64,000 bases of DNA from an uncultured Chloroflexia bacterium. GTDB taxonomy: Bacteria > Chloroflexota > Limnocylindria > Limnocylindrales > CSP1-4. Of the stretch, positions 60,187-64,000 are shown piece after piece. The stretch spans positions 481-64,480 of the forward strand of contig CAWEOO010000006.1 of assembly GCA_963810725.1 (NCBI GenBank), read 5' to 3'. Below the pieces are notes generated by a model. The model had not been told where the DNA came from, searched no databases, and saw only the letters and a list, made by a program, of their open reading frames with translations. Position 1 is the stretch's first letter. Every line of letters starts with the position of its first letter. A program made the position numbers and the translations under genes.

Positions 60187-61479
60187 ATGACCCGCCCATC
60201 ACCAGCCCCGTCAGTGCGCGCCGAGCCGCTGTCCGTCGCCATGCTCGGCGCGGGCACGGTCGGTCGAGCCGTGGCCGAGTGGTTGCTGGGCCAGCCCGAC
60301 CGCCTGGTCACCGCCGACGGGGCGGCGATCACCCTCGTCGCGGTCGCCGTTCGCGATCTCGAGCGCGCCCGGGCCGCCGGCATCCGGGGCGACCTGCTGA
60401 CCGACGCGCCGGCCCACCTCGTGGCCGACCCGGCGAACGACATCATCGTCGAGGTGATGGGTGGCGACGAGCCGGCCCGCACGCTGATCGTGGCCGCGCT
60501 GCGGGCCGGCAAGTCCGTGGTCACCGCGAATAAGCACGTGATCGCCCACCACGGACCGGACCTCGAGGCGGCTGCCCGGGAGAGCGGTGCCGCGTTCCGG
60601 TTCGAAGCGGCCGTGGCCGGCGGGATCCCGGTGCTCGGCACCCTGGCCGGCGACCTCGCCGCCAACGAGATCCAGCGCGTCCGTGGCATCGTGAACGGCA
60701 CCACCAACTACATCCTGACGGCTATGGCCCAGGACGGACGGCCCTACGACGAGGTCCTCGAGGATGCCCAGGAGCTGGGCTACGCGGAGGCCGACCCGAC
60801 CGGCGACGTCGAGGGCGACGACGCCGTGAACAAGCTCGTGATCCTGGCGCGTCTCGCGTTCGGGCGCTGGCTGGATCCCGCGACCGTGGGACGAAGGCCA
60901 CCGACCGCTCGCGGGGATGGCAAGCCGGGCATCACGGGTGTCACCGACCAGGAGCTGGAGGGCGCGGCGGCCCTCGGGCTGACGATCAAGCTCCTCGCCA
61001 CCGCGACGCGCCGCGACGGTTCCATCGAGGCATCCGTCGTCCCGACCGCGGTGCCGGCCGACAGTCCGTTCGGCTGGACGGACGGCGTCACGAACCGCAT
61101 CGAGATCGACGCCGAGCCGCTCGGCACGGTCGGCCTGTCGGGACCCGGCGCCGGCGGCCCCGCAACGAGCAGCGCGGTTTTGGGCGACCTGCTGGCGATC
61201 GCCCGCGGCTTCGGCTCGACGTGGGCCGGGCTGCCCGCGGCCACCGGCCCGGCCGCCGCCGCCGCCGACCCGTTCGATGGCCGGCGTCACTGGTACGCGT
61301 TCCTGCCGGCGGTGGAGGCGGGACCCCTCCCCGACGCCCTCGACAAGGCAGCCGCCGTCGGGTTCGAGGACGGCACGGCCATCCGCAGCGAGGTCGTCAC
61401 GCTGGCCCAGGCGAAGGCGGCATTCGACTCCATCCTGCCGCGCGGGGTCGACGTGACGCTCTACCCCGTCGATGACTGA
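60187..61479 (+). CDS. hom: Homoserine dehydrogenase
   Basis: '[13 protein letters not shown]', 'ANKHVIA', '[11 protein letters not shown]', '[11 protein letters not shown]' and a C-terminal ACT-like region. Confidence 0.9.
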   Translation: MTRPSPAPSVRAEPLSVAMLGAGTVGRAVAEWLLGQPDRLVTADGAAITLVAVAVRDLERARAAGIRGDLLTDAPAHLVADPANDIIVEVMGGDEPARTLIVAALRAGKSVVTANKHVIAHHGPDLEAAARESGAAFRFEAAVAGGIPVLGTLAGDLAANEIQRVRGIVNGTTNYILTAMAQDGRPYDEVLEDAQELGYAEADPTGDVEGDDAVNKLVILARLAFGRWLDPATVGRRPPTARGDGKPGITGVTDQELEGAAALGLTIKLLATATRRDGSIEASVVPTAVPADSPFGWTDGVTNRIEIDAEPLGTVGLSGPGAGGPATSSAVLGDLLAIARGFGSTWAGLPAATGPAAAAADPFDGRRHWYAFLPAVEAGPLPDALDKAAAVGFEDGTAIRSEVVTLAQAKAAFDSILPRGVDVTLYPVDD

Positions 61480-62572
61480 GCCCGCGATGGCCGGGGCGAG
61501 CGTCCGGCCGCGGGCGCGGCCGCGACTGATGGAGCGCTACCGCCGGTTCCTTCCCGTGACCGACGCGACCCCGCCACTCACGCTCGGCGAGGGTGACACT
61601 CCGCTCGTGCACGCCGCGCGCCTCGGGGCGGCGATCGGCGCCCCGAACCTGTACCTCAAGGTGGAGGGCCAGAACCCGACCGGCTCGTTCAAGGATCGCG
61701 GCATGGTCGTCGCCGTGGCGAAGGCCGTGGAGGCCGGGGCGAGGGCGGTCGTGTGCGCCTCGACCGGCAACACCTCGGCGTCGGCGGCCGCGTACGGCGC
61801 CCACGCCGGCCTCGAGGTCATCGTGATCCTGCCCAAGGGCCAGACCGCCCTGGGCAAGCTGGTTGCGGCGCTCATCGCCGGCGCGAGGGTCGTCGCCATC
61901 GACGGCAACTTCGATCAGGCGCTCCACATCGTCCGCGGGCTCGCCGAACAGGACGAGCACCCGGTGACCCTGGTCAACTCGGTCAACCCGTTCCGCCTCG
62001 AGGGCCAGAAGACGGCCGCCTTCGAGATCTGCGACGACCTTGGGCGCGCCCCGGACATCCTGGCGATCCCGGTCGGCAACGCCGGCAACATCAGCGCCTA
62101 CTGGGCCGGTTTTCGCGAGTACGCCGAGGCGGGACTGACGGCCTCCACGCCGGCGATGTGGGGCTTCCAGGCGGCCGGCGCCGCCCCGCTCGTCCACGGT
62201 CGCCGCGTGGAGCGGCCGGAGACGATCGCCACCGCGATCCGCATCGGTGACCCCGCATCGTGGGACAAGGCCGTGGCCGCGCGCGACGAGAGCGGCGGTC
62301 GGATCGACGCGGTGACGGATGACGAGATCCTCGCCGCGTACCGCGACCTGGCGCGGATCGAGGGCGTGTTCTGCGAGCCCGCCTCAGCCGCCAGCGTGGC
62401 CGGGATCCGCAAGATGGCCGGCCAAGGCCGGCTGGACCCGGACGCCACGATCGTCGCCGTCCTCACCGGCCACGGCCTCAAGGACCCCAAGACCGCTCAG
62501 GGCGAGGCCTCCGGCGTCATCGAAGCCGCGCCCACGCTCGGTGCCGTGGCGGTGGCGCTCGGATGGAGCTGA
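61472..62572 (+). CDS. thrC: Threonine synthase
   Basis: PLP-lysine motif '[10 protein letters not shown]' and '[12 protein letters not shown]'. It overlaps hom by 8 nt. Confidence 0.9.
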   Translation: MTEPAMAGASVRPRARPRLMERYRRFLPVTDATPPLTLGEGDTPLVHAARLGAAIGAPNLYLKVEGQNPTGSFKDRGMVVAVAKAVEAGARAVVCASTGNTSASAAAYGAHAGLEVIVILPKGQTALGKLVAALIAGARVVAIDGNFDQALHIVRGLAEQDEHPVTLVNSVNPFRLEGQKTAAFEICDDLGRAPDILAIPVGNAGNISAYWAGFREYAEAGLTASTPAMWGFQAAGAAPLVHGRRVERPETIATAIRIGDPASWDKAVAARDESGGRIDAVTDDEILAAYRDLARIEGVFCEPASAASVAGIRKMAGQGRLDPDATIVAVLTGHGLKDPKTAQGEASGVIEAAPTLGAVAVALGWS

Positions 62573-62576
62573 CCCG

Positions 62577-63539
62577 ATGAGCGGGCACTGGCTGGCTGAG
62601 CTCGATGGGCGCCGCATCACGATCGAGGTCCCGGCCTCCTCGGCCAACCTCGGGGCGGGCTACGACTGCCTCGGGGTGGCGCTGGAGCTGACGAACCGGG
62701 TCGAGCTCGAGGTCCGCGGCTGGAGCCGCGGCGAGATCGAGCTGACCGTGGACGGGGAGGGCATCGGCGAGCTGAGCGAGGACCGCGAGAACCGCTTCGT
62801 GCGTGGCCTCGAGGCGACGCTTGTCGCCGGGCGCGGCAAGCTGCCCAACGGCGTTGGCTGGCGGATCGAGATGCAGAACCGGATCCCGCTGGCGCGCGGC
62901 CTGGGTTCGTCGGCCGCCGCGACGGTCGCCGGGATCGTGGCTGGGAACGCCCTGATGGGCGGGCCGCTCGACGTCGACGAGCAGCTGCGCATCGCGACGG
63001 AGATCGAAGGGCATCCCGACAACGCCGCCGCGGCCCTGCTCGGTGGGTTCGTCGTGTCGGCCGCGACGCCGGACGGCGTGGAGGCTATCCGCTTCGATGT
63101 CCCGCGCGAGCTGCGCGCGGTCCTGTTCATCCCGGAGCTGCGGCTGTCCACGGCCGCGATGCGCCGCGCCCTGCCGAAGAACGTGCCGCTGGCGGACGCG
63201 GTCGCGAACCTCGGGGCCGTCGGCGTCGGGGTGGCCGGCCTCGCGGCCGGGCGGACGGACCTGCTGGCGCGGATGACCGTGGATCGCCTGCACGAGCCCT
63301 ACCGGGCGAAGGTCTATCCCCAGCTGCCACGGCTCGTCAACGCCGCCCGCGAGGCCGGCGCCCTCGGGGCGTGCCTGTCGGGTGCCGGTTCGACGATCCT
63401 CGCCTTCGTCGAATCGATGACGGGCATCTCGCGGGTCGAGGGCGCACTCGCGGCGGCGGCGGCGGACACCGACCTCGAGGGCCGGATCCTGGTCGTGGAG
63501 CCCCGGAATGCCGGGGCCAGGGTGGTGTCGACCGCCTGA
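62577..63539 (+). CDS. thrB: Homoserine kinase
   Basis: 'PASSANLGAGYDCLG' and GHMP motif 'PLARGLGSSAAA'. ATG at 62577 lies within the longer tracked ORF. Confidence 0.9.
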   Translation: MSGHWLAELDGRRITIEVPASSANLGAGYDCLGVALELTNRVELEVRGWSRGEIELTVDGEGIGELSEDRENRFVRGLEATLVAGRGKLPNGVGWRIEMQNRIPLARGLGSSAAATVAGIVAGNALMGGPLDVDEQLRIATEIEGHPDNAAAALLGGFVVSAATPDGVEAIRFDVPRELRAVLFIPELRLSTAAMRRALPKNVPLADAVANLGAVGVGVAGLAAGRTDLLARMTVDRLHEPYRAKVYPQLPRLVNAAREAGALGACLSGAGSTILAFVESMTGISRVEGALAAAAADTDLEGRILVVEPRNAGARVVSTA

Positions 63540-63550
63540 GGTCGGGTGTT

Positions 63551-63576
63551 GGTACGGGTGGTCGGTACGGGTGGTC
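63551..63576. repeat. Perfect 13-bp tandem duplication (GGTACGGGTGGTC x2)
   Basis: Direct reading of 63551-63563 and 63564-63576. It is intergenic, just after thrB. Confidence 0.9.
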
Positions 63577-63610
63577 GGGGTCGGTTGACGCCGCCGTGAC
63601 ACTGGACGGC

Positions 63611-63796
63611 ATGGACGGTCTGGGCCAGGCGATCGGGAACGGCATCACGGGGCTGGTAGGCGGGGCGTTCGACGCGATCGGCGGCGCCCTGCGGGGCATC
63701 GTCAACGCCGGCAACCAGGCGCTGCCGGGCGGCCTGTTCTGGGCCGTGCTCTTCGTGCTCCTGGTCGTCGCTGGCTGGACGCTGGCGAAGCGCTGA
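63611..63796 (+). CDS. Small Gly-rich membrane protein (61 aa)
   Basis: 'MDGLGQAIGNGITGLVGGAFDAIGGALRGIVNAG' followed by TM 'GLFWAVLFVLLVVAGWTL'. The start choice is tentative. Confidence 0.4.
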   Translation: MDGLGQAIGNGITGLVGGAFDAIGGALRGIVNAGNQALPGGLFWAVLFVLLVVAGWTLAKR

Positions 63797-63946
63797 ACTG
63801 GTGGTGACTCCGCGCACCAAGGGTGCGCGAGCACCGACTGCCTCCTCTGCGTATCGGGTAGGCTCATCGGACTTCGCCGGCACGCCCAAGGCCGTGGAGG
63901 GCCTCCGAGGATCTGGCGCGTGAACCGGCCAAATGGAGGAGTGTCC

Positions 63947-64000
63947 ATGCGCACGCGACGAAGATCCGCAGTTCCGCTTGCCCTCGCCCTGCTGGGGAGC
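63947..64000 (+). CDS. 5' end of a secreted or exported protein (partial, runs off the window)
   Basis: GGAGGAG RBS, then 'MRTRRRSAVPLALALLGS' (signal-peptide-like). Confidence 0.4.
   Translation, partial: MRTRRRSAVPLALALLGS

Overview
This is a very GC-rich bacterial chromosomal segment. Gene content, the many lipobox/TAT signals and the leaderless-looking promoters suggest Actinomycetota or Chloroflexota, but that is an impression only. I found no rRNA, tRNA, CRISPR array, transposase, integrase or recognisable defence system. There are about 65 tightly packed protein genes, many joined by 1-4 nt start/stop overlaps. From left to right: an ECF sigma factor with a PD40 anti-sigma-like protein; a HIT protein; an acyl-CoA ligase; lgt followed by two paralogous membrane proteins, an MJ0619/Tes-like radical SAM enzyme and a small membrane protein (the most unusual cassette in the window); rpsU-yqeY-pgpH-ybeY; pth-mfd; a two-gene membrane pair of unknown function; a GNAT; an MFS transporter; apt-mtnA-GNAT-ahcY with metK nearby (SAM and methionine salvage); an S9 peptidase; a Na+/H+ antiporter; a glcG-like gene; potABCD with a small XRE regulator and palindromic candidate operators; a secreted C39-like peptidase; manC-PMM-cupin; a SWIM protein; a four-gene secreted/lipoprotein operon containing a metzincin-like protein; a cobalamin riboswitch in front of btuFCD-cobS-cobU-cobT-cobC; an arginase-family gene and an aminotransferase; yidB; trpS, an AI-2E permease and surE; an MHS-type MFS transporter; and hom-thrC-thrB. 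A dominant technical or biological feature is at least 35 reading-frame breaks inside otherwise well conserved genes, and they are unevenly distributed. I list those genes as pseudogenes as sequenced, but sequencing or assembly indels are an equally good explanation.
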